NCBI GenBank assembly: GCA_021613535.1
Contig: CP075495.1
Location: forward strand, 11,718,001 to 11,782,000
DNA: 64,000 nucleotides
Direction: 5' to 3'
Source of the DNA: Adineta vaga
Lineage: Eukaryota > Animalia > Rotifera
Shown here: piece by piece, positions 26,746 through 37,719 of the stretch
How the letters are laid out: each line of letters opens with the position of its first letter
Position numbering within the stretch: position 1 is the first letter of the stretch
Notes under the pieces: model-generated
The model's input: only the letters and a program-made list of their open reading frames with translations
What the model was told of the DNA's origin: nothing
Database searches by the model: none
Position numbers and translations under genes: made by a program

Positions 26746-29700
26746 ATGGGATCTGCTTCGTGTAAAAATTCAAAATCAACTACGCCAACAACGAAAAATG
26801 AAGATAACAGGTAAGTTTTCAGAGATTATTTGCTTTTGATTACGAATAGAAATAATCAGACAATCGCTTCATACATGAATTCTAAGAAAGATACAATAGT
26901 TTTCATTCACTTAAGTTATAATCAATGATTAGTCAATATTAAATCGGTCATAAAAATCTTGCTATTTGTGAGAACTTCACCTCATCTTCGTCAATTGCTG
27001 ATAAAATTCTATTGATAATTTATTGATATTTATTTGACTACGTATACATATATATATATATATATATATATTCAATTGTTTCGCTTAGAAAAATCAAAAT
27101 CGGTGTATTTGGGCTTGATGATGCTGGTAATAGAATAATTCATTTAATATATTAACCCATGTTTTTTATTCATAGGTAAAACAACAGCAGTTAAGGCCAT
27201 TGAAGGAGGTATGGAGTATATATATATATATATAACTGTCTAAATATTTTTATATCTTCTTTTTTTCTTTATTTCTATAGCTCCAACCAAAGATGTTACT
27301 CCAACAATTGGTTCTAATATAGTAAAGGTACCGTATCCAACAGTAGGAAAGGGCAAAACAAAATCTCAGGAACGTATTGAAATGATTGATGTATGTGGTA
27401 AAGAAAATTTTCGTGAACGCTCATGGTCGACTTTTTATGATCAAATTCACGGTTTTATATTTGTAATGGATGCTAGCAATAAAAAACGTGTAACAGAAAA
27501 TAAAATGATATTAAATGAATTACTCGAAGATAACAAACTTCGAGATAAACCAATGCTTATGTAAGTAATATGATGAAATCATTTATCAATAAATAAATAT
27601 ATTTATATATGTGTGTGTGTTTCGTTCTATTTATTAGTTTGGCTAATAAACAAGATCAAAAGAATGCGATTAAATTTGAAGATCATCTCAAAGATAAACT
27701 TGACATTGAAGAGTTGAAAAGAAAACACAGAATTGTAATGAAAATATTATATTATGAAACTTGTTTCATCAAATTATGATTAATTTTTATGTTTATTTAA
27801 GGAATTTTGTGCAGCAATACCAAAAGATAAAAATAAAACGGATGAAGCAATTCGTCAAGGATTTTCTTGGTTAATAGGAGAAATAGAAAGTGACTATAAA
27901 AAATTAGATTCTCGTGTTAATAATACGAAAAATTCATCGCGACCAAAATCACCATCATCAGGAAGAAAATCTCGAAATCCGACGTATGATAAATTGTTAT
28001 TAAATTGTCTTTTCTAGTTCATACTTCTTTTTCATATAGACAATCTGATCAATCTGATGTCGATGACGATGTACTATGGTGCAAATATAAAGAAATCACT
28101 AACACCAAGCCATAAAACTCCAAATCATCGTTCGCCAAATACATCATTCAGATTACCACAATTAGATTCAAATAAAACGAAACGAAAATCGGGAGGTTAT
28201 GATACGTACAGTGATAATGATGATGATAAAGATTTTATGAATCGTACACGCTCACGTCCTAATATTTCTATACCAATATCAGATCGAATTGATCGTGATC
28301 ATTCGTTGACTCAATCATCTTTAGCAGCAACAAGTGGTTTTAATAAAAAGAAAAAACTTATTGGTGCTGGTAATGGTAATAATGATCTTTCAACTCATAG
28401 ATCCACTACCAGCGAAACAAAACCTTTTCGTTCAACGTATGAAACATTTCCTGATGACATACCATGGACATCATCATCAAATAAATCAACAAAACTCGAT
28501 AATACTTTAACACCAAAATCATATGTCAAGCAACCAATGATTAATGATCCATTAAAACGTAGTATGAGTCCTCTTGTACGTGATTTTAAATCTCATACCA
28601 GTACTTCTTTATCGAAACCTGAAAAAGATAGTGATGATGAAATTAATGATAAGTACAATACATTTCAAAAAGATAAGAATAAAGTAGGAAATTTTTCGAA
28701 TAACTCATCGATTGATTTGTATTTTAAATGCTAGTTCGCACCTACATCCTTCAATCGATTAAAAGATGATGACGATATTGGTCGAAAGACGACTGACACT
28801 TTTCGTTCTTCAAATTTTGGACCTGCACCGAGAGTAACATCAGTATCGCAGAAACCTTTCAAAATTGATGATAATAGTGATAATGAGTATGGTTATCCTA
28901 AAAAACCATCTGTTAACACAACAAAACGCTCTGATTATGATGACGATGATAGAAATAATAATAATAAAACCTACGATCGTTCATTAGATCGTTTTAAAGC
29001 AAATAATGATCGCTTTGCAACAACACCGAAACCATTATCACCAAAACCAACCAATCGATCAACAACTGATACAGATGATTATCTAGGAAGATTTTCAAAA
29101 CCAGTAACTCGATTTCCACGTGAAGATGATGATCATCGTTCAACATCCAATCAAAGTTCGGTACACAATCGAAATTTAATAAGAATAAAGATGACGACGA
29201 TGATGATGATGATGATGATGATAAATACAAACCGAAACCAGCTACAAGACATAAGTTAACTGATGATGAAGATGACCTTCCCTCATCGTCAACAAAATTT
29301 GATGCTCGTTCAAAATATGGTAATGATTATTCTACTTCATCGTTTTCAAAACCAGTAACACATTCGAAATTCGATGATAATGCTCGACCCTCTTCTCCAT
29401 ATCGATCGACAACATTGCCCAAGTATGGAGATGATAATAGATCAACTTCACTTACACGATTTAACAATGATACAAATCGCACTTTACCATCACCAAAAGC
29501 ACCATCTCATTCAAAATATAGTGACGATGTTGATGATCGCCCTTCATCACTTTCAAAAGGACAAATAATTCATTCGAAAAATGACAGCAATGTTGACAAT
29601 CGACGTACATCGACTTGGAAACCATCATCTCATTCAAGATATAGCGACGATGATGATGATTATCGATCTTCATCACTTTCTAAAGCACCATCTCGTTCAA

Positions 29701-30089
29701 ATTATGATGATGATGACGATGATCGTTCTGCACCACTTTCAAAAATACCGTCTCGTTCGAAACTTAACGAGGAGCATGATAATGATTATCGTTCATTTTC
29801 CTCGAAGAAACCATCTCGTCCAAATTATGAGGACGACGATGATGATCGTCGTGCACCACTTGCTAAAACATCATCTCGTCCAAATTACGACGACGATGAT
29901 GATGATGATGATCGTCATGTACCACTTGCTAAAACGGCATCTCGTTCAAGATACGATGACGATGATGATCTTCCATCATCTTCTTCAAAACCACCATCCT
30001 ATTCAACATTGAAAGGTGGACCAAGTAATGCTCGAATTGGTTCATCTACAACCGATCGATTTCGTACTAATCCATATTCAGACTATTAA
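26746..30089 (+). CDS. ARL13-like ARF-family GTPase with long Ser/Asp/Arg/Pro-rich tail; two frameshifts as assembled (~28072, ~29150)
   Basis: MGSASC start, GLDDAGKTT P-loop, PTIG, DVCGKENFR, GFIFVMDAS, KPMLILANKQD, then GFSWLI..IE.DY..L..RV as in ARL13B-type proteins; low-complexity tail ending NPYSDY*. Confidence 0.75.
29490..30000 (+). repeat. Imperfect coding tandem repeat of ~20-23 aa units (PSRSNYDDDDDDRSAPLSK-like) in the ARL13-like tail
   Basis: Recurrent CCATCTCGTTCAAA..GATGATGATGATCGT..CCACTT units. Confidence 0.75.
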
Positions 30090-30699
30090 AACATGCCTTT
30101 TTTCTCTCAACAATACAGTGATATATTTTTCTTTATAAAGTCTAACATTGACTTTACATTCATCGGTATAAAAACCGACAAGTTCTTTATATTGCTTCTG
30201 TACGAAAAACTTTTGTTTTAAAATAAAATAAAAACTTTATCATTGTTCATTAATATTTGTTCTTCTAATATAGATTCCTCTTTTTCTGGATGATATTTAT
30301 TGACCTCCGGAAAACAGAAATAATTGATATGATACGTCTGTGAATAAGGGTGTGGGTGTGAAAGGAAGAGACTATCGATATCTATTCTCAAAGATTTCCT
30401 TTTATTATTGAACTTGTGTTGAATATCACGTGCAGAAATATCCTTTCTTGAAATGAATTCTTCTGTGAAACTAAAAATATTACTAACGAAAAGTACGTAT
30501 CTTGAGAGTATACAGAAACTCATATTTATACGCAGCAGACGAAAATCCACTCAACACATACATGGACGCCATCTTTCTGTATCAACTATAACTATTCACT
30601 ATTGTTTAAATTGTCACACTTCATTCGTTTTCAATAACAAACTGCTTCTTGTAACAAATAAAATATATTCTAAACCTTGTCTATTCAACAATCTTTTGT

Positions 30700-31744
30700 A
30701 TGGACTCTAAAAAGAATATATACACATTTTCAACATTACCTATCGAATTCGTCTATCGAATTTTGGATCATCTGACTGATTTTACACTATTCTATTCAAC
30801 GCAAAATGTTTGCAAACGTTTTAATCAAATTCTTAACATTTATCATCGATATCACGTAAGTTTGCTATGTGCTTCATTTATTTTCTCGTCTGTTCAAGCA
30901 CACATGAGCTTCATAATCTCTAACTTAATGAGTTTACTCAAAGAAAAAACAAATTTCATAATTCCGAAGCAATTTCCCCGAGTGAATCAATCATAACGTT
31001 GACTCATGTCATTAGAAGCAATCCTCCCTTTCACCTGTTATTTTCTATCCACGCACTTATGTGCTGAACAAGAATAAAACCGCACAATTATAAAACACCT
31101 TTCCCATTTCAAACAAATCTCTCTATTGTAATTCCAAAACAATGCAACAACTATCTTAGAAACCCAGCCAATAAAATAAAGTGAACTGTTTTAAATTGTC
31201 CCACGACTCAATACTATCCCTCGCAAACCATCTGTAAAAATAATAATCCTAAACCATTTTATATAAATAAGTATCACTACCTTGAGTACAGTGGTCACCC
31301 TACTCATCCGACGATTCGAACATTAAATCAGTGATAATCCATCGAGCAACGATTTTTCTTTTCACCTAATCAACTAAAATCAAGCACTTTCTGAACATAT
31401 TCACACACCACCGCCACAACTCTTGTATAATGCTATTTCTAGTTGAAAAACCTTACGTTAAAGTTTCGATTGCCCTACGTATATTTTCGAAATAAATATT
31501 CTATACATAGACACTAACCAAAATAAGTCTCCTGGACAATCGAATCGGCAAACAAGAGGTACAACGTATTGGAGTTGCCTTGCGAACAAACGCGGTAATA
31601 TTCATTCGCTCTTCACTTAATTGACACATCCGCACTCTCTCTCCTCTGTAGACACTCACCACACTGAATCTCATGAACAATAAAATCGGCGAACAAGGAG
31701 CTGAATATCTCCGAAATCTTTTAGGGAACAGGGTAATATTGTAG
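30700..31744 (+). CDS. Small F-box + RI-like LRR protein (two LRR exons), possibly truncated
   Basis: Exon 1 (30700-30855): F-box TLPIEFVYRILDHL..VCKRFNQI. Exon 2 (31511-31594, 84 nt): TLTKISLLDNRIGKQEVQRIGVALRTNA. Exon 3 (from 31652): TLTTLNLMNNKIGEQGAEYLRNLLGNRVIL*. Phase-0 introns. Confidence 0.75.
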
Positions 31745-33099
31745 TTTAGGCTCATGGAACATTGTTTTGTAGTGCTTTTTTCCGGAGATTCTTTTTAGAA
31801 CAAACTGATGGGGAGAAAAATGAATACACTATGTGTTTGAAATCGTGTTATTCATATGAGAACGCGTGGATTTTTTTAAACTCATGATTTCTGACTGTGA
31901 GAGATGGGTTTTTCATCTCAGCTTTTGATTTTTGTATATCCGAGAAAGCGAAATTGTGTGTTGGAAATGCACTATAATTTATCAGTTAGGTAAGAAGTTT
32001 GATGGGTGTCATATCTTATCTTCTGAAAAATTTTGTATAATGCAAAGGGTATGAGGAAGAAGGACAACCGTCGGTATATCTTATAAGCCTTTTAATGGGT
32101 CCGCTGCACTCATTTCGATGGCTGATCTATTGGGAACGACTGGGAAATTATTTCTTAAAGATTATGTTTTGATTTAAAGCATAGCAAAGCATACTTCCGA
32201 ACTTTAATTTGAATATTTCTCATAGTAGAGAGTTTAGTTCAAGGTCGGAATGCGTCACAAATCGTTAATATATTTGTAACGGTAGAGAGTTGGGGTTGTT
32301 GTGAAGATAAAGAGGATGACGAGTTCTACAACTTCATTTAATTGCTTTTTGGATTTGCTGTTTGATGTCTAATAATAGAAAGACGTTTTGTATTCGTACA
32401 TCTTTCAACATAAAAAAGAAACTTTTACCCCGGTCAACCACCAATTCGATATCCGATCCGATCCGAGTATGAGATTGGTGGACCTGGGTGTGCGTATTCG
32501 TTTATTGGGAACTCATGCCCACACCGTCAGGTAAAGATCATGAAAACAATAAGCGTTTTTTTGTATTCGCCTACATAATGGCATCAATGTGAAATATATT
32601 TTTATCGAAACATTTGCAGCAAATATACAACATCCCAAATAAGTAATAAATAAAAACAATAAATTTATTTCATTTTTTGAAAAATTAATTTGTGAACAAA
32701 CTTATGCCTAATATAACTTATAATGAGATGTTAATACAATAAATGATGAAGATATTTATAATTTGGAGAAAGGATAATAGCGGAGAATATCCTACTTCAA
32801 AGTAAATTTCATGTTATTCTTAATAAAAAAAACAATGTTGAAAATCGTTATTTGAAGAAGGGAATCTTGAGGGTGAATGTGAATGTTGGATAGATGCATT
32901 ACTCACACTCACACTCACACCCACCCTTAAGTCACATAAACAGAAAGCTAGATCCTTTTCAGCAAAAAAACTAACATTCTATTAGACAACTCATGACTAT
33001 TCTATGATAATATTGAACATAAGAGAATAAATAAAATATATGATCTTTGTCTACTAACTTCTTTATAAAAATAATCAATCTATATATATGAATATATTT

Positions 33100-34071
33100 T
33101 TAACTATTTGGTTCAATATATGTTCGTAGACGAGCAGTAACTTGTCGTAATCGTTGTTCAAAATAATTATTACATTTGAATAAGTTTTTTAGTTCTTCTC
33201 GATAAATACTTCCAGAAAGAAAATAAAGAAATGTTGCGAATACATAAGTACCTTGTTGCCAAAGAAGAGTTATACTTCGAATACTATTAATAAATGTTGT
33301 ATTCATTGAAGGTATAAACGTTGTTAAAATATAAGTAACTGCTGCTGGGATAGAAAAGAAAACATATGCAGCTACTTGAATTATTAATATTCGAGTTAAC
33401 TGACTATCTGTTCGACGACGACGAGAATTGATTTGATTTATTGGTGCTACACGACGTAATTGATTTTGAATATTATGAATTGTTAATAGACCAAATATGG
33501 TCATAGCTAATGGTGATAAGAGATAATAAATAACAATACGACTAGATAAATAGATCATAATAATCGGTGATGATAATTGTGCACATCGATTGGTTGTATA
33601 GTTCCAATAATAAATAATAATAAATGGACATATATAAATAAGAGTTAAAATAGTAATGATAATAATCAATCTTTGTGCTTTTTGAATATTGCTGAAACTT
33701 CGTACAGATACTGAAGAAGAACTAGCAAAAAATCGATCAAGTGAAGCACATACTAACATTAAAGTCGAAATTAATGATGATGAATAAATAATAAATAACA
33801 TAATTCGACATCCAAATGGTGTTGTAACTGCTGTTATACCAAAACGATACTGAAGAAAAAAAACCATAGGTGAAACACTCATATAAATAATAGTAGCAGT
33901 TGTTAATGCAAGAAAATAATATGTACATGGAGATGATCGAAGTTTTCGACGAGAAAGAATAATAATATTAACTATATTTGTAATTAACGTTATTCCCATT
34001 ATAGTTGGTGAAATATAAGTGTAAGCTATACCAAGATCAATATTCAACTTATTTGATATAGTAGTATTCAT
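33100..34071 (-). CDS. Intronless rhodopsin-like (class A) GPCR
   Basis: 323 aa with 7 hydrophobic segments; N in TM1, LRSSPCTYYF, TM3 Cys, ASLDRF (DRY-like), FSIP in TM6, FLYFLSG..YR.EL. Confidence 0.88.
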   Translation of the reverse strand: MNTTISNKLNIDLGIAYTYISPTIMGITLITNIVNIIILSRRKLRSSPCTYYFLALTTATIIYMSVSPMVFFLQYRFGITAVTTPFGCRIMLFIIYSSSLISTLMLVCASLDRFFASSSSVSVRSFSNIQKAQRLIIIITILTLIYICPFIIIYYWNYTTNRCAQLSSPIIMIYLSSRIVIYYLLSPLAMTIFGLLTIHNIQNQLRRVAPINQINSRRRRTDSQLTRILIIQVAAYVFFSIPAAVTYILTTFIPSMNTTFINSIRSITLLWQQGTYVFATFLYFLSGSIYREELKNLFKCNNYFEQRLRQVTARLRTYIEPNS

Positions 34072-34496
34072 TCTATTTGATATACAATAATTCTTCAGTT
34101 TCTTTCTTTTTCTGGAATGTCATTTAGTATATTTATGGTTGTGATGAATTGACGTCAAAAGGATTTCTACTGTATATAACAAATTACTTATAAGTTGACA
34201 TCTGGATTATAACTTAATTTCTCCTTTTTAATATCGAACAAACAGTGAATTGGGCAATGCTTTAGGTCAAATACATTTTTGCTTGAAAAACTTTTTTAAT
34301 ATCATTATTAATCATATACATGAGCTTGTGAATGAGAGAAACAACATGGTTCATTTCACAACTATTCAATAAACTATTATTAATTTATCTGGGTATAACT
34401 CTCTTCTCAACAGTTAATAAGCTATGGACATATATGCGTAGCAGTTATGTATAGTTTATGAAAATATTAGATTTGAATTACAGCCCGAGAGGAGTA

Positions 34497-34587
34497 CACT
34501 GAAAAACGTTTTTTTAGATCAAACGCAAACTTTAGAAGGGTTTCGATTTCGTTGCAAAAATAACTTCGTATAATACCTTTTCCAGTG
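34497..34587. mobile_element. Putative 91-bp MITE with CACTG termini flanked by TA
   Basis: TA|CACTGAAAAACG ... CCTTTTCCAGTG|TA: short imperfect terminal inverted repeats with TA on both sides. Confidence 0.45.
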
Positions 34588-36563
34588 TAATGCTCACCAT
34601 CTTGAGGTTGGGTTGGGTGTGATTCAGGCTGCGGAAGGGTGCAAGTCAGTGTCTCTATCTATCCACACCCACATCCTCTCTTTAAGAGAGTTTTTTAAAG
34701 AATATAGATGCGTTAATCATCATTATAGTTCTTTCAGAAAGGGGTCATAACGAATCCTACGGATGAGCGTCACTCGTATGTTAATGATAATAAAAAATGT
34801 ATAAAACGAATACGAAGATATCGAAGATTTATTGATCCATAAAGAAGTGAAATAACAGTTAAGATAATTAATACAAAAATAGATAAATTTTTACTTAATT
34901 ATAATATTCGATTGACAAATGTCATGGTAACATTTTTTGTCTGCTGTTCAATGCTACAACAATATACTAATATTTGTCCTTTTAAATAATGCACGTGATT
35001 TTTCGTTTGGATTATTTATCTATCTTGTAGAAGTGTATGCATTATATCAGTCTCGTTATCGACAGTTAATTACAATTCGATGAACGAAAATGAAATGAAA
35101 GAAAATGTAATTAGATAATTACTAACTTACTTCTTTGTCATTTACACATCATCTTCTGAAATCCATTCGACAAGAACTCGTTCAATCAAAACAGATAAAT
35201 GGTTGTTAATACCACACCTTTTGGTAGCACATTTGATTGTAATAAAGCAACTAACCATGTGAGTCCTTTGCTGTTCATGACATCACCTAATGCGTGTTTT
35301 TTTGACATAAGAAAACAAAGAAAGACGATAAAGTGATTTAGATGGCAACATAGGATATGCATTTCAATTACATTAAATAATATCTATAATAAAGTTTGAT
35401 TCGATAAGACGAACGGTTATCTTGTGCTCATTTCTAGTCGGAACAAATCGTATCTAAAAAGTGGAATCTAGACTTCTATACTCCATCGAATTGACGTAGT
35501 TTCGTAACTTCTATGTGAATTTATTATTTATTCGTAGTATGCAGAATGTTCTTTATTAGCAAACAAGATGAAAAGCAGAAATTATAAAATAGCAAGTCCA
35601 AAGTTTATCCTAATCGTGAGTGATACTTATAATGATTTGAACGAAATGGTTGATGATGTTTGAACGATGTTTTCAACTTTGAATGATGAGATCGAGCATC
35701 AGTTTTTCCATACAATGTACTGACAAATAGCAAGACAATAAACAGGAAACTAATAAGATGATATTTCATATTGATCAATGAAATGTATCACAGAAATTAT
35801 TTCAGATAAATAGATAAAAGATATAATTGTTCAATGAAAATAAATGGTAAAGATTAAAGAGCGCTTCATCCCATAGATCTTTATAATAAAGCGCGATAAG
35901 CAACAAAGCATAAATGTGTCTAAATCTAATTAAATTTATTGATTGAATATATATAAAACTGATATTTATGCTTCTATTCTATCGAATCTCTCAAGCAAAT
36001 GATATGATATTAACACTATATCATGCTTTGGTTTTGATCAGCTAAATTCATAGACTTCCTTTTGATACGCACGTATTGCATGATTCTGTCTCATTTAATA
36101 ATAATTTCTATCAGTTGCACTCAAATTACATGATATTGCTGTGCAACATCTCATCGATTCTATTCCGCAGTTTTTCCTCGATCATCTCTCTTTCCAATTC
36201 GAACATTTAACCTAGAAAAAGACAACATATTTGTATAGTTACATCAATATTTTCGAATTTCAGTCAAACATTTTGTTAACGATTTCATTTTCATCAATAT
36301 GACGACAAATCATTTCAACAAAAGAATTTGTTTGCATGATATTTTTCTTCTTTTTTCTTCTCTTACATGTCTCGCAGAAAGAAAAGAAAACAAAAACACA
36401 CAATTGACATATAGAATAAAGCAAAACAAAAACATGTACAATCATTAGAAAAAAAAGAACCATATTTCAATAGAAAATTTAACTCGTTTGTAGTCCAATT
36501 TTTCAAAGGAAGCTTTTCTTTTCATTTTGTTTTGCAAAATTTTTCATTGACATGAGATTCGTT

Positions 36564-37719
36564 TTAAGTAAAAGGAGATAATAATTGACAAAGTAGTTCA
36601 TTTTTGGATAAAGCTCGAACAAAACTATCTTTTGTTATTAAACCTTGTTCATTACAATGACAAGAACTAATAAAATGTTTGAGCAATTCTATCGATCCAA
36701 GTTCATTTCCATTCCCACCTAACATTCGCATTACATACTAAAAAGGCAAATTGAAAATTTATATTATTCATAGATTAGTCTTACTTTTGCCATAACATCA
36801 ATTTCAGATTGATCGATATAACCATCTTTGTCAATATCTACAGAACACTTGTTGTCTTTTCGTTTTTTAATTATTTTTAATAAAAATTTTACCGTAAAGT
36901 TGAAAAGTATAATCAAGTTTTTCTTCCATTGAACCTTTCGTCGTTAATAAAAATCCAATTACAAATTCTTTGAAATCTATTATTTTTGTAGAGAAAAAAT
37001 ATTTCTATAGAACAGAAAAGAAAACCGGTAAAAATTATAATTCTTACCAACTTTTCCATCGCTATCAACATCAAATGCTTGATATATAGCGTTAACAACA
37101 TGCTCTACTTTATCAATGTCACATGTACTTAGATCTTTATAGCATTTAACCATATCTCTTTTCGTCATTTTTCCATTTGGACATCGAGACTAGAATGAAA
37201 TTTAAGAAAAAAAACTTTTTAATTACAGTTTTCTGACATTTCTTCATTAGTTAATGTTAAACTTCCCTATGATTTAAAGAGATTAACAAAATGTTCTTAG
37301 ACACTTCCACGATATGAACGATTCTGTTCATGATAAATATTCATTAATAAATTAAAATATTTTTCTTTTTCCTCTTCTTCTCTTCTTAAGTTTAACTCAC
37401 AGCGTAAAGAATTCATTTTGATTTATGAAGACAGAAAAACAATAATATATTTTTCGAAATTGATAATTTAGTTTGTCATTTTCTTTGACGAGTGTATCAA
37501 ACAAAAATATTTACATTTATGGCTTTATGTTTCTTGTTCTATACCGAGAAATTTTACTGAGAAAGAGTGTAATGTTCTATTTAATTTGTGCACATTTATT
37601 TGCCTTACCTTAAGCTCATTATACCAATTTGTGATTTCTGAAGATTTCATTCGAGTTTTCCGTTTAACTAATGCCAAAGTAGCGTCGTCCAGCGTCGCTG
37701 TACTAAATTGATTACCCAT
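36564..37719 (-). CDS. Neuronal calcium sensor family EF-hand protein (neurocalcin/hippocalcin-like), 5 exons
   Basis: MGNQFS myristoylation start, WY..CPNG, AFDVDSDGKVDFKEF, GSMEEKLDYTFQLYDIDKDGYIDQSE; EF4 degenerate. Confidence 0.9.

Noticed and set aside
29490-30000. Spaced repeats superficially like a CRISPR array
   Set aside because: Degenerate in-frame coding repeats in a eukaryotic exon; no constant repeat with unique spacers and no cas genes.
29374-30012. Overlapping Met/His-rich ORFs (29374, 29461, 29581)
   Set aside because: Alternative-frame shadows of the GAT-rich repeat in the ARL13-like tail.
30218-30710. ORFs 30218-30550 (-) and 30453-30710 (+) as possible transposase fragments
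   Set aside because: No recognisable transposase or reverse transcriptase motif.
34560-34574. ATAACTTCGTATAAT, identical to a loxP arm plus two spacer bases
   Set aside because: No second inverted arm at the 8-bp spacing and no vector sequence nearby; most likely chance in AT-rich DNA.
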